Of a stretch of DNA of 64,000 nt, positions 13,401 to 29,348 are shown piece after piece (the first letter of the stretch is position 1; each line of letters opens with the position of its first letter). A program made the translations under genes and the position numbers. The stretch is taken from NCBI RefSeq assembly GCF_006345805.1, contig NC_043014.1, positions 4,712,001-4,776,000 on the forward strand, in the 5' to 3' direction. The notes beneath the pieces were generated by a model. The model saw only the letters and a program-made list of their open reading frames with translations, made no database searches and was not told the origin of the DNA. The stretch is from Octopus sinensis. Taxonomy: Eukaryota.

Positions 13401-13828
13401 ACCTGTTCGAGAGAAGAGCTACAGACACGGTTCGAAAACCATCACCGGACCGACCTGCCCGAGATGCGGTCAGAGCGACGAAACCGTTCTGCACGCACTC
13501 GTGCGGTGTCCAGATATTCAGAGCTGTGGTCATTCGTCGAACAGCTGTTGTCACGTGTAGGTCGGGCTCGCCTATCGGCCGAGTCTATCGTCAAATTGTT
13601 CCACCACCTTCCTTTAAACGGGAAGGAAAACGGTTTTCGTTACGCTGATGGCTATGGCGAAGAATGTGTGTGGTGGACGCGTTTGAAAAGACTGCAACGA
13701 GAAGTAAGGCGACTTACTCAGTGTTCTTTTTCGAATTGTCTGAGGTGACCTTGGTCTTTTTGTAGGTTTTTTCTCTCCAAGGCTACACCTAAACTGTGAA
13801 CCTTATATATATATATATTATAAATATA

Positions 13829-13871
<43 letters not shown>

Positions 13872-14032
13872 CCTTTTTATACACCACACAACCCACAGAT
13901 CCCTATTGATCAAACGTTTTTGTTTTGTTTTTTTTTGTGCCCCACCCAAACCCACCTCGAAAAGAAAAAATTCTACATTGTATTTCGTCCATTTTTTATT
14001 CTGTGTTTAGCCCTGTGTGGCTACAATAAAAG
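10445..14032 (+). mobile_element. Tx1/L1-clade LINE, 5'-truncated, with frameshifted ORF2 (APE, RT, zinc finger)
   Basis: LLLVGDWNA (APE); NFRPITL, DQSKAFDRVDH, VRQGCPLS, TVTGAKVNPEKS (RT); CPRCGQSDETVLHALVRC; 3' end AATAAA followed by (TATC)n. Confidence 0.9.
10662..10761. other. Assembly gap of 100 N
   Basis: Run of N. Confidence 1.
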
Positions 14033-14057
14033 TTATCTATCTATCTATCTATCTATC

Positions 14058-14112
<55 letters not shown>

Positions 14113-14131
14113 CCATCTATCTATCTATCTC

Positions 14132-14179
<48 letters not shown>

Positions 14180-14225
14180 ACTATCTTTCTGTCTGTCTGT
14201 CTGTCTGTCTATCTACCTACCTATC
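14033..14225. repeat. (TATC)n microsatellite
   Basis: Direct reading. Confidence 0.95.
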
Positions 14226-14509
14226 TCTCTCTCTCTCTGACTCTCTGTCTGCTGTCTGTCTATCCCCAAATCTATCAATCCATACTCACACACATATTTA
14301 CACACACGCACACATACATAATACATACACACATATTTACACACACGCACACATACATAATACACATACACATATTTACACACACTCACACATGCATAAT
14401 ACGACACACATATTCACACACAAGCACACATACATAATACATACACACATATTCACACACACGCACACATACATACCTAAATAAATACATGCATACAGAC
14501 ATACATATG

Positions 14510-14542
14510 TTAACACAAAATCCATGACTTACCGTTTTTGAT
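14510..14542 (-). pseudogene. Remnant of exon 1 (last 10 nt plus donor and intron start) fused to an RTE fragment
   Basis: TTAACACAAAATCCATGACTTACCGTTTTTGAT matches the intron/exon junction at 27556-27587. Confidence 0.8.
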
Positions 14543-16145
14543 GGGAGCACAATATTGACGGTCTCAGGACGACAAAGCAGATCAAGAAGGGAACAACCTT
14601 TAATAATTGAGAATTAAAACGTCGAAATTGTTAGATATAATCTGCCTGTAAGATATAATCGGTGTCTCCTCTACAAAATTTCCTTTCTCCGATAGCGTAC
14701 ACTTGGATATAGGCTTGAAACCCCACTACGCAACTGTGCTGCCAACAATGTCTCCACAGGTAGGATTAGGATACTCTCAATCCCCAGCTTTCGGATTGTA
14801 TTATGGAGTGAAACCTACTAGGTGTGAGGGTTCACCTCTTGAAACTAAGGCTGAATATGAAGGACCACTGTGGCTGCTGTAAGTATAAGCAGCAAACACC
14901 GAGGTCAAATACAAATCCTTCCTAAGCAAATTCACCTCAGCTTTAGATATATTTGGGGTAAAGTCATTTGTCCCGCAAGGAGACTTCAGTGCACACCTTG
15001 GCACTGATAACCGTGAGAAGGATTGATTGGAAGGAATGTCGTCAGTGAACTTAATGGAGAGATCATAGCAGCCTTCTGTGCAGGATACACACTCTCCACT
15101 CTATGGTATAGATATTATTTTAAGACAGGGATATTTATAAGGGTGCCTGGCATAGAAATACTTGGTGACAGAGGTTTCTGATTGAGTTCGGTCCTCTTTC
15201 ACTCTTTGCTGAACGTTTGTGTAAGAGGAAGGGTGGAGTTATCAACTCGTCACTACCTAAATGTCTAAAAACCTGAAAATTCCTACAGTTTACCGAACAC
15301 TTGAAATTGGTAAGTCCAATTCGACTTACAGAATACAGTTGGAAGCCGCAGTGGATGCTGGGATCAGAAACAAAAATGTGGAGACTTTTGCATCCAAATT
15401 GAGAGTGACCCGCCTGAATGAAGTTGGACCTCGAAATGGATTCGTGATTGTATTATTTTATTCAGCAGGTTCTTCTTCGGTTGAACGCTTATTTGAGCTA
15501 AACTCACTTAAAAGTGATAAAGCTGCTGGTGATAAGCACGTTCGGCTTGATATTTTAGAAACCTTAAATACAGATGGTATTCTCTGAGTGACCCATGTAT
15601 GCTAGGTGGATGGGACCTCTGGAAAAAACACCAAGGCAATGGTAATATGGAGTGACAGTCACAATTTTTTCAAACAAAGATCAAAGAGTGTGTTCTAATT
15701 ATAGAAAAGTCTACACTTGATGTCAGGAAAAGATATGTAGGGAAATTGTCGCGCCCAAGATTACCGTCCGACACGCGGTACACCTGACCAGATAGTCGTT
15801 CAAAGATAGATCTTCCAGCAAAATTTGATGCATTTCCAAGGTTTAGACGCTGTAAACCACGAAAAGGCACACGATCATGTGTCCTGGGGAATGTTGTGGA
15901 TGGTTTACCAGGAAGGTGAGTTTAATGGGCAAATACTGGTTGCCATATGGAGGTTGAAATGATTGTATTTATGTAAAAGTCGAAATTTTTCAACTTGAAG
16001 GTTTCACTTAGTTGAAGTGTGCATTGTTAGTGCCCCTTCTCACATTCTTTTTTGTGATCTGGTTGAATATGCTCAGCCATTGTGGTAGAGGTATCCCAAT
16101 TCATCTCTACGTGATCGGTCGACTGTTATTTGTAGACGACATGTA
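14543..16145 (+). mobile_element. Degenerate RTE-clade (Expander-like) LINE, APE and RT remnants
   Basis: AANTEV, QGDFSAHLGTD (APE); LKSDKAAGDKHVRLDIL, CREIVAPK, RLLFVDD (RT); many stops. Confidence 0.8.
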
Positions 16146-16529
16146 TAGCACCGCATATATACTCATATACACAATAAATGGCATTGTATATTAGAGTAAA
16201 TTTTATTAAGGGAATTATTGTAAAGTAGAATATATTTCGAAATAAATTCAGGCAAGTGTCTTAGTATATACTATTGTGGACATGTGGATAGTAATGTGGA
16301 ACTAATTCAAAGTTGGTGAAATTATAAACCATGACTTAAGGAGACACGGGTAAAAGACTTTAGCTATAAAATTAGTTCTTACTTGGTGTGTCATCAGGTT
16401 TATCGTCGAGAGATTTCTTGGAGATGAAACGGTTCTGTGAAAAAATAGAAATAGCATCATATAAATAGAACTTCAGGGTATTTATTATCGTTTAGAACTT
16501 AAAACAATGCAATAGATGACAACATATTC

Positions 16530-16830
16530 GGACAGGTATCATTGCCAACACTACCATCTCAACACCTTAGGAATCTTCTAGAAGGCGTTTCAATCCAGTC
16601 AAAGGATTTTCTGAACAATATCAGACAATACAACTCTGCATTTCAAATGACATCGTTTGGTGAATCTAAGAAGATAGATAAACATGAATTTACGCCGACG
16701 TCAAAGTTCAAGGGCAAGTCTATCCCCTCATTGGTTCTCTGGTACCCGCGAATGAACAACCACAGTTCCTCCAAATTTACTCTATGAGTGATGTAGGACA
16801 ACAAACCCGACGTGAGGTGCCAAAATTTCC
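16530..16830 (+). mobile_element. Helitron Rep (helitron_like_N) fragment
   Basis: FLNNIRQYNSAFQMTSFG followed by a frameshifted KVQGQVY.LIGSL and QFLQIY, the typical Helitron N-terminal motifs. Confidence 0.85.
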
Positions 16831-17087
16831 GATGATGGGTCGTGTTAGACACAGCGCACACTGCTGCAAAGGAGAGTATATCCACTGACAGCTTTTCGGT
16901 GCGTTCAAAAATCACACAAACCCCACCCTCAATTTTGCATGACAGGTTAGGGCCTGAAACACTCCAAACGGACGCATAGCATGTTGCTTAGTCGAATTAG
17001 CCCAGCATTTACTCTACAAATATTTTGCTGTCAATGTTGCACTTTCCCATATCACCTGTTTCAAAGATGGAACGTCTTAGAGAATGA

Positions 17088-17594
17088 CATCTGCAAATGT
17101 AGAAAGGTAGGTACACTAACACGTTATCTTTCCAACTGTTCATTAGCATTGAACAGGTACACATGGAGGCACAACTTGGTCCTTAAGGTTATCTTCAATG
17201 CTATAAAGAACCAAATTCATCTCAACAACACTGAGGAAAAACCGCTAAAAGTATCATCAAGAGATTTCATTACCATCGTGCGACCAGGTCAGCGGATACG
17301 TTTCAAGAAGAAGATCAAGAAACATCCTGAGAGAAATGAAAAGTGGAACGGCTATTGGGAGGTAACTGCAGATTTACCTGGGTGCCAGGTTTTCTTTTCC
17401 ATCCCAGTTTCGAAAAAAACAGATATTTTGATGTGGTGTGAAAGAAAGAAAGTTGTAAATATAGTCGAGCTAACAGTTCCTCATGAAGATAATATGGACG
17501 CCGTTCGGGCTAGAAAATTGAACCGTTATGAAAACCTTGAGGAATGTGAAGACGCAGGCTGGAAAGTGGAACATTTTCCTATCGAAGTCGGATG
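17088..17594 (+). mobile_element. HERO/NeSL-type RLE retrotransposon C-terminus (CCHC and REL endonuclease), part 1
   Basis: CKCRKVGTL..YLSNC..ALNRYTWRHNLVL; KTDILMW...IVELTVPHEDN; HFPIEVG. Confidence 0.85.
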
Positions 17595-20500
17595 GAGACG
17601 CAGGTTTCTTAATAATGTCGCTTATTATGCAGTGTACAATGTTAAAATTTTGTGTCTGTTACAGTTAAATTCGATTATTATAATTTGAAAAAAGGGACTA
17701 TTTATTGCTTGTTTTGAAGCAAAATTTGTTTTAATTCCCCCTTGCGGGGAAACGTTTTACTTTATTTATTAGTGTTTTTACACAATGGAAGGTACTGTCA
17801 CGCGTAGGGAGAGTGTATCTCCAGTGCCAAGTACCAGTAAGGATTCTGTAGTGAGCAGAAGGATATTAGAAGAGCCAATAAGGAGCTTTGCGGCTGCGCC
17901 GGAGGAAACTCAAGGAAAATTGATACAACCAATTTGAAGGCAAACCGAGAGCTGTTAACAAAAGAAGGACCGAAATAAAGGTGGTCCCTCCTCATAGCAT
18001 CATTAAAGATGCACTCGAAAGGACTGTAATTTTCAAAACATATAATGTTGAACAGAAAAAAGTTAACTATGTCAATGACAGAAGTGTAGAAAAATATTTA
18101 AGGCCAATTTGGAAGAACATCACATATTTGGCCAGAGGAAAAAGATATGCAGCTGTTGAAGTGAGGATGTCAACAGTGGAACAGGCGCAAAAGTATTCTG
18201 TGGAGCCTCTTCGAACGGATGAGGTAGTACTGTTGCCATTTTATATGGGGAGGAGAACCTCCCGAATAAAGATAAGCTGTGTACCACCGGAGGCGGACGC
18301 CGGATGGCTAGTAGCGGCAGTACTGTATGACCTAGAGGAAGAAATCACACTGCTTTCTGCGGAAGTAACAGAAGACAAAGTCTGGCTTGGCCAAACAATA
18401 AAAATGCTGATCCAAGCAGAGCCTATGACCCTAGAAAAAATTCCAGAGGTCATAGATACAATGGGTACGAAGTTAGTAGTCATGGTGGAAGGTAGAAAAC
18501 CCAGATGTTTTAAATGTGGAAAGAAGGGCCATGTTAGGTCCGAATGCAAGAGTGGTGAAGAAAAAGAAAAAGAGGAGAACATTGAAGAAAACTCGGAAGA
18601 TGAAACTACAGAGAATGGAAAAACAGAAGAAGAAAGCACAGAAGAAGAAAATGAGAGCGGAAATAAAGAAGAGACGGAATGGAAGAGAACTGGTAGCCAA
18701 AGGAAATTAAAGAGAAATGTTAAATCATTGGCAAAAATGCAAACTCAAAGAAGGCAAGAAAAAGCCAAAAAATCAAAAACAAAAGAAATACGAGAGAAAG
18801 AAGTTCTATATATGGCGGTTCGAACCTCAAACTCGAGATTAATGAGCCAAATACAAATTAAAAAACTAAAAAGAACTGGATGCAAAAACGTTAAAGACGG
18901 TTTCGAAGTCTACCACGTAGACAGAACGTCTTACAACGTTCTAGCAAATGACTATCGGAGTGATGTTGGCTTAATTAAAACGACTCCACGAGCCCGAGAA
19001 AAAGAAAAAGAGGCGGACCCACCTCCGCCTTTTAGCGAAGACACAAGAAATTGAGGTAAGACTTATGGCAGTTCACGTTGGATGTTTAAATGTGCGTGGC
19101 CTGACGGCGGGATGGAAGCAAGGCCGCTTCTTAAACGACGTCATGTCACATAATTTTGATGTCATTGTTGCTACTGAAACCCGGTTAAAGGGATCAAGAG
19201 GACTGCTCCCACTCCTGGACGGATACGAGAAATTTTTTTCCAGGTCCACCGGCGGGTGGGTGTGGGGGTGTTGGTCCTACTAAAAAGAAACCGGGTTTCA
19301 GAGAAGAAGTTAATTTTTTGTGACCCAGAGGGTAGGCTGGTCGTCTTCGACCTGACTTTAAGTTGCGGTAAGAAAATCAGACTGGTGGCAATTTACACCC
19401 CCACAATGGTCAGTCTGAGTATTTCCGAGACCTAGAGAAGTTTCTTGGTACGGCGTACCCATTAGTTTTGTTAGGTGACTTTAATGTTATTCAAGATGCG
19501 CGCGTGGATAATGTTGGCTCGAACCCAAATAGAATACCTAATGCCGGTTTCCGGGATCTACTAAGTCGCTTTCAGCTAGTAGATCCATACAGACTTGAAT
19601 TCCCGAACACCCCAATGTGGACATGGTTAAGTGGTGACGGGTCTTTTAAGTCCTATATAGATAGGATGATTCTAATTAGAGAAACAGATAGATCCATAGC
19701 TAAGTGTCCACAGTTCCACTTGGTCAGCTACAGTGATCATAAATTGGTCACTTGTAAGCTGAACCTAGATAAGTTACAGAGTAGAGGATCCGGTTACTAG
19801 AAACTCAATAAGTCCCATTTGGCGAACGAAGAGTACAGAAGCCGGATTAAGTTACTGATACAGAGGGCTTTAACTGGTACCATCATTAATAATAAATGGT
19901 GGTACGCCCTCAAAAGAGCCATTAAATTTGAATCTATTAGATATAGCATAGGTTTAGTGGCAAGAGAGCGTAAGAGGGAACTAGAACTGGTTAAGGAATT
20001 AGAGGAAGCAGGGTTGACTGGTAGTGCTGCTGAGGCGAAGGCTAAGAGACTGGAATTAAACCAGCACCTCGAGGCCAAACACATGGGATGCATTATCAGG
20101 GCTAGACTTCGTGCAATGGGGAGTGAGGGGATCAATGCCGCTGGATGGGCTCGGGTGATGGAAACCCAACGTGGAAATGATTCCACAATTCGATCTGTGG
20201 AGAACCTACAAGGCGAGATTGTGAACGAACCCGATGAGATGTGTCAGGCTTTTCAGGAGCACTTTGCACAGCTTTTCGGGAGGGGCGATGGATCGGATGG
20301 TAGGTTGGACCTTTCGGACTTCCTTGCCGGGCTGCCGCGTCTCTCGGGGCAGGATGCTGAGTGCTGTGAGGGTCCGATAACACCTCAGGAGGTGAGAGAG
20401 GCTATAACGAACTGTAAAGCTGGTAGGGCGCCGGGACTTGGTGGTTTGCCTTATGAAATGTACAAAAGTATGCCAGACTTGTATGGGCAAATTCTGGCCG

Positions 20501-22677
20501 GGGTTTACGATAGCTGGCAGTAGAATGGGTCGATTCCCAGATCTGTACGCAGGGGAGTGGTGACTGTGGTCAGGAAGGACCCAAACAAGGGAGATAAGAT
20601 AGACAACTTTAGGCCCATCACTCTGTTAAACGCAGAGGTGAAGATTTTGGCCAAGGTACTAGCAAAAAGATTGGGGCAGGTCGCGAATACTCTGATCGGC
20701 AAGGCAAAAACCTGTGCCGTCCCCGGCAGAAGCATTCAGGACAATCTCCATCTTATACGCTATACCTTAGAAGGGTTTGGTAGTGATTCTGGTAGTGATT
20801 TTGGTCCATTTAGATCAGTCAAAAGCATTCGGTAGGGTTGACTAACGATACCTGGTGTCCGTGTTAGCACAGTTCGGGCTGGGTCTTGGCTTCTTTAGGT
20901 GGATAATCCAATTATACGACAACATCGATTCGATCGTTCGGGTGAACGGATTTCTTTCTAGGCCGTTCTCTATGAAGCGCTCGGTTCGCCAAGGATGTCC
21001 GCTTTCGCCACTTTTGTATGTGATGGCCCTAGAGCCGTTACTGCAAAAGTTGAGCGGCATCCCGAGGGGGCCGGCTGTTGGAGAGTCGGTTTCAGCATAT
21101 GCGGATGACATCACCATTCTTGTAACCAAGATGGAACACCTACAGAGGGTACGTGAAACAATTAAGGTTTACGAGACGGTGGCAGGAGCAAAGATTAACC
21201 GGGAAAAGTCAGTCGGCTTGCAACTCGGCACCTGGAGGGGCAAGTCGATGCCTTTGGATAGCGTCGTGGGACGTTGGACGGAGGGCCCGGTTAAGCTGCT
21301 AGGGGTATGGTTTAGACCATACCTCCAGGTAGAAAAGAACTGGGCAGAGGTATTGAGCAAGGTGACCTGCATAGTCAAGACCTGGTCTTGGCGGTGGCTA
21401 TCTTTGAAAGGGAGGGCGGAGGTGGCCAATGTGTTTATCGCATCGGTCATCATTTACCGCCTAACCGTCGTGCCCTGTCCCGGTTCGTGGTTGAGAAGCA
21501 GATCTTCCGCTTTTTGTGGAAGGGCACCACTCCTCTAGTGAGGCGTTCTATCAGCTGCCAAAAGCCGTTGAATGGGGGACTGGGGATGCCTTGGCTGTTG
21601 ATGTGCAAACATGCGCTGAGGTTCAGGTATCTCTGGCTACTCCTGAATGGTTAACAGGTGTGGTCTCCGCTCGCGAAACGGATGTTTCCCAGGTTCACAA
21701 GTTTTAGTGGACAAGAAAGCTGGTTCTTTCGTAGAACGAGGTTGGGTACATGGTTTACGGAGTGCCGTAAAGCACTCCTACAGTTCCATCGCTCGGGTAA
21801 TGCTAGCGGTTTTGGTACCACCACATTTTTCTATAGCAGGTTGGTAGAGGCTGGGAACGACAATACCCTAGAGGAAACCCTAAGTCTCGGAGATAACTAG
21901 TTAGACAGTCTGTTCCGAAGGACGTTTGGGCCGGGGTGTTTGGATAATTTCCAAAAATCCCTGGCCTGGCAATGTTACCGAGGAGCCTTACCCGTTCGGG
22001 ATAAGCTCGCAGGACACGGTCGAACCACCACTGCCGACTGTCCAAGATGCGGACGGGATAGGGAAACTGGCCTGCACGCTATTGTTCAGTGTTCGGGAGT
22101 GTCTGAAGTGTGGGTTTCTGCAGAACATCTGCTGTCAGGTTCGGGAAGAGTACAGCTGTCGTCTGAGTCAATTGTAAAAACTGACCCGCCGGATTTCCTC
22201 ACGAAAGAAGATAAGCAATGTTTTCTCGCAGTAGTAGCAATAGCGAAAGAGGTGGTATGGAAGTCGCGAATGAAAGGTTTGGCGACAGGCAACCTCATCT
22301 CCGGTCTCGGGTTGGTGAGATATTTTATCTTCCTCCTTAAAAGGAAGGTGAGGCTGGAAAGAAGATGCCTGTCAAAGAAAATGTTCAAAGAAAGATGGTT
22401 GCATGTTGCGAGGGTGCTGGGAATGAAAGATTCCTCATGAACATGTCATAAGTCTGCATACAAATGTTTCAGTAGGAGAATGGGGCTCGTGGGGTCGGAG
22501 CGTAAGCCATCTCTCTGCTTCATCTCATGTGTGTATTTCGTCCTTTTTGTATCTCATTCGATTTCATTCGATTTCATTATATTTTGTAAAATTTTAAAAG
22601 TCATATAATCATTGAGTGTCTGACCCCAATCAGGCTGTATTGTCCCCCTCTATGTTTGGGCCCATGTGGCTAATAAA
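17595..22677 (+). mobile_element. Full-length Tx1-clade LINE: ORF1 about 17785-19054 (CCHC knuckle), ORF2 19065-22440 (disrupted)
   Basis: ORF1 CFKCGKKGHVRSEC. ORF2 VGCLNVRGL, LGDFN, SDHKLV, NFRPITLLN, VRQGCPLSPLLY, AYADD, CPRCGRDRETGLHAIVQC. Ends in AATAAAG. Confidence 0.92.
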
Positions 22678-22688
22678 GAAATTGGATG

Positions 22689-23030
22689 TAGAGGGTTTGT
22701 TGGACACAGCGTGAGACGACTGTTGTTATCGCTAGGCCTAACTCATCGTAAAGTCAATACCATCATGACTGATATCCAATCTACAGTGGAGAAGGCTAGC
22801 CACTGGATTTGGTTAAAAAGAGACGATGAGCGATGGCTAAAAGTATATTGAGTTCTTCATAACCAGCTGATCTAGCAAGCGGGGCCTCATATCAGTGAGG
22901 CGGGCCGGTGCGCATTGATGCCGTCGAGAGGTAGGCCCCGAAACGGCGCGCAATCTCTCCTGATGACCCCATACACTTGCTAGCTTCCGGTATACGGAGC
23001 TTTTAACTGGTAGCACTTGCATGTGCAAGT
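22689..23030 (+). mobile_element. HERO/NeSL element C-terminus part 2 plus 3' UTR
   Basis: CRGFVGHSVRRLLLSLG...VEKASHWIWLKRDDERW*. Joins part 1 to restore EVGCRGF. Confidence 0.85.
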
Positions 23031-23039
23031 TGTTTGCAA

Positions 23040-24721
23040 GACATCTAAGACCTTGTGGTAGGGAACCACTGACAAACCGGAAAGACGGTTAGGCATCTTG
23101 GAAAGACAAGAGGACTGCTCGGAAAGACGAGCGGACAATAGGAAAGACTATCGACACCAGGAAAGACTGGTGGAGGCTGCAGACTTACGATCCTCGCCTT
23201 TGTAATATATTGTAACAGATATGAATGGATATGACAGCCCCACGATCGACCGAGAGGGGAGAATCGAGAATCAATCAAACCCAGTCAGCACGGAAATGAC
23301 CTTGGAAATGAGTGCGGTTATTCATTCGAACAGCGAACGAAATGCAAACAACTTTGGATGCAAGCTGTGCTGTAGAACCTTTGCAACTGTGAGAAGCTTG
23401 AAGATACATCAGGGAAAGACTTGTGAGAAGAGGACAGAGCAGTGTGGATCGTCAGATCGTAAAACACGTGGCAAATCATCCCCGGACTCAAACCACAGCG
23501 GATCGATAAATGCTACAGCAGAGACCTTTTCGCGTGATGAAACTACAAGTCATGAAACTGGTGCATCGGATAATACTCAGAGGAAACCGAGGGTTTTGTG
23601 GCCTGCTGCTAATGAGAAAGTGAAATATAAAGAGTTTGAAAACAAGGTTTGTCGGGCTCTTTATAAAATGACAGGCTCTACAGTGGAGAAACTGGGCAAA
23701 TTATCAAGCTCAATATACGATATAGAAAAAGATTTATTTGGAATAAAAGAGAATATCCGGCTAGAGAAAGGAAAGTGTGGACCAAGCAAGAGGATCAGAA
23801 AAATGCAGCAGTTGAGGAAGGAAAAGTCCGACTTAAGAAAGCGATGGAGATGTGCTGCACTAGATGAGAAACCTGGCCTTGCGCTGCTGTATAACGATTT
23901 GAAGAGGAAATGTCGTTATGTGCAACGACATATCCGCCGATGTGAGCGTCGAAAAGAAAGTAAAAGGACTCGGGGGCAGTTTCTGAAGGACCCGTACGGG
24001 TTTACTAAGAAGCTATTAACTGAACCGAAGAGTGGCACTTTATCGTGTACTAAAGAAGAATTGGATGCTCATATCAAGGATACCTACAAGGCAAGATCTT
24101 TATGGGAATTCTGTCGAGGAGAACAGTGGCATATTTACACAAATTACTAATAACAGCCATGGACCACTTCCACATTCCTGACAAAGTGATCAAAATAATG
24201 AGGATGTACTATGACAGTTTCGAAATGAGGTTTACGACTGGAAATTTTACAACAAATTGGCACCGATTGGAAGTTGGCATTGCTGCTGGCTGTACGATAT
24301 CTGTCACGTGGTTTATCTTAGTCATGGAGTTGATTTTGGAAGGTGTAGATTTTTCGGAACAAATCGCCCAGGTACAATCGCCTAAGAAAGCCTTCATGGA
24401 TGACGTGACACTTCTAGCTACAGATGAAAAAATCATGCAGAATGCCCTCTTGAGATTAGACGAACTTGTAAGGTGGTCAAGGATGCGATTTAGAGCAAAA
24501 AAGTCGCGTAGTCTGACATTTGTTAAGGGAGTGCAGAAAGAATTTAAGTTTCGAATATCTGAAGAAAGCATTCCAACAGTCAAGGAAGAGCCCGTCAAGA
24601 GCTTAGGACGAGTATACGCTGGAACATTGTCAGACAGAAGTCGTGGGATTGAAATTATGAAACAGGCCGAGGCTGGGTTATCAGCGATTGATAATTCGAA
24701 GTTTCCAGGTAAATATAAAAT
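23040..24721 (+). mobile_element. Second HERO/NeSL element: 5' part, internally deleted and 3'-truncated
   Basis: C2H2 CKLCCRTFATVRSLKIHQGKTC; RVLWPAAN; FLKDPYGFTKKLL; GIAAGCTIS; AFMDDVT; WSRMRFRAKKSRSL; PVKSLGR. Confidence 0.88.
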
Positions 24722-27255
<2,534 letters not shown>

Positions 27256-27577
27256 GTATGTTTAGGTGTGTGCGCCTGTGTTATTTTATGTGTATACGTG
27301 TGTGATGGATCGTACGTGTGTGTGTGCTGTATAGGAACATATGTACATGGTCCATGCATACATCCTTACATCCATCCATCCATCCATCCATCGGTATGTA
27401 CATACATCCATATATTCATACATACATCCATATATTCATACATACATCCATATATTCATACATACATACGTAGATGCATACATATATGCACGCATACACA
27501 CATGCATACATTCACGCATACTTGCATATATAAATACATAAAGACATACATATATTAACACAAAATCCATGACTTAC

Positions 27578-27721
27578 CGTTTTTGATTTCTCTTCCATTT
27601 TTCCTATTCTTGAATCTTGATGAAGATTGACGATCGTCAGCACGAGAAGAACCCCAAAAGCTATGAGAGAAGAAATGGAATAACGCTGCGAAATATTCCT
27701 GGGCAGTTGTGCGAAATCCAT
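27578..27721 (-). CDS. First coding exon paralog (48 aa, signal anchor)
   Basis: MDFAQLPRNISQRYSISSLIAFGVLLVLTIVNLHQDSRIGKMEEKSKT followed by GTAAGT. Confidence 0.65.
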
Positions 27722-28108
27722 TCTGGTGACAGTTGTCGGTCGTTCGTGATACTTCGTGTGGCTTCAACAAAAGATCGAGATGCGAGGTTTAAGCTGAAGA
27801 CCTGTAACTGAATTCCACGTATTTATTGAGCGAACAACAACCCAGCTCTGGCATAGATCTTATCGTAAATTTAAGAACCAATGCGATTGGTGGAACTGTA
27901 AAAGCGGGTGTGAACTTGTCTGACAGGTTTAATTATTGGAAAGAGATGGTTTGATATTGTCACACAATAATTAGCAAAATATGTTGATGAATGAGAGACA
28001 CGTGTAAAGTGAAATGATTCCTGTTTCTGGGTATATTATGATATATTTATTTACTAATGTTGTTATTTAATTTTCTTTGTTATTATTGGGAAGCTGTTTT
28101 AATATTCA

Positions 28109-28266
28109 GGAGTGGCTGTGTGGTAAGTAGCTTGCTTACCAACCACATGGTTCCGGGTTCTGTCCCACTGCTCGGCATCTTGGGCATGTGTCTTCTGCTG
28201 TAGCCTCGGGCCGACCAATGACTTTTGAGTGGAGTTGGTAGACGGTAACTGAAAGAAGCCTGTCGA
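28109..28266 (+). mobile_element. tRNA-derived SINE (GGAGTGGCTGTGTGGTAAG...GGTTCCGGGTTC.GTCCCACTG family)
   Basis: A/B-box-like head. Related copies at 32317-32455 (-), 46875-47030 (+) and 63205-63345 (+). Confidence 0.75.
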
Positions 28267-28562
28267 ATATATGTATATATGTATATATATATATGTATGT
28301 GTGTGTATATGTTTGTGTGTCAGTGTTTGTCCCCCCACCATCGCTTGACAACCGATGCTGGTGTGTTTACGTCCCCGTCACTTAGCCGTTCGGCAATAAG
28401 AGATCGATAGAATAAGTACAGGGCTTACAAGGAATAAGTCCCGGGGCCGATATGCTCGACTAAAGGCGGTGCTCTAGCATGGCCGCAGTCAAATGACTGC
28501 AACAAGTAAAAGAGTAAAGTGTAAAAGAGTGAGAATATTTCGTTCAACCAACAAATACACAG

Positions 28563-28604
<42 letters not shown>

Positions 28605-28608
28605 ACAC

Positions 28609-28701
<93 letters not shown>

Positions 28702-29313
28702 GCACACATACACAGTAATCGCAAGACTTAATCTAATGAAGTCTAATGTTCGGTTTGGATTCTTCACAAGATGCGTTAATCTGATTAGAAAAGTTTTATG
28801 TGAATATGAAAATCAAAACCTACCAATTCCCACCCACCCACACATATATACACCCACACATATATACACACACACATATATACACACACACATATATACA
28901 TACATACTTTCATACATACAAGTTTTTATGCATGTGTATATGAATGTAAGCATGTAAATATCTATATACACCTTCACACTTACATATATACATACATACA
29001 TATATACACACACACATATATACGTTCATACATATATACATACATATGTACAAACGTACATACATGCAAGCATATGTTTGTGTGAGTGTATCTTTATATG
29101 TATGAATGTATAAATGTAGGTATGCATGTATATATGTATATGTGTGTATTAAGAGATAGATGAATACTTGCATATATACATATATACACGCACATGTATG
29201 TGTGTGTATCTTCGTATGTATGAATGTATGAATATATATATTTATGTATGCATGGATGCATGCATTCATGCATGTGTGTGTTTATATATATATATGTATT
29301 GATAGATAGATGA

Positions 29314-29348
<35 letters not shown>

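Noticed and set aside
22925-22975. CGAAAC and CTGATGA motifs in the HERO 3' UTR as a hammerhead
   Set aside because: The motifs are in permuted order with about 15 nt between them, too short for stems III and I.
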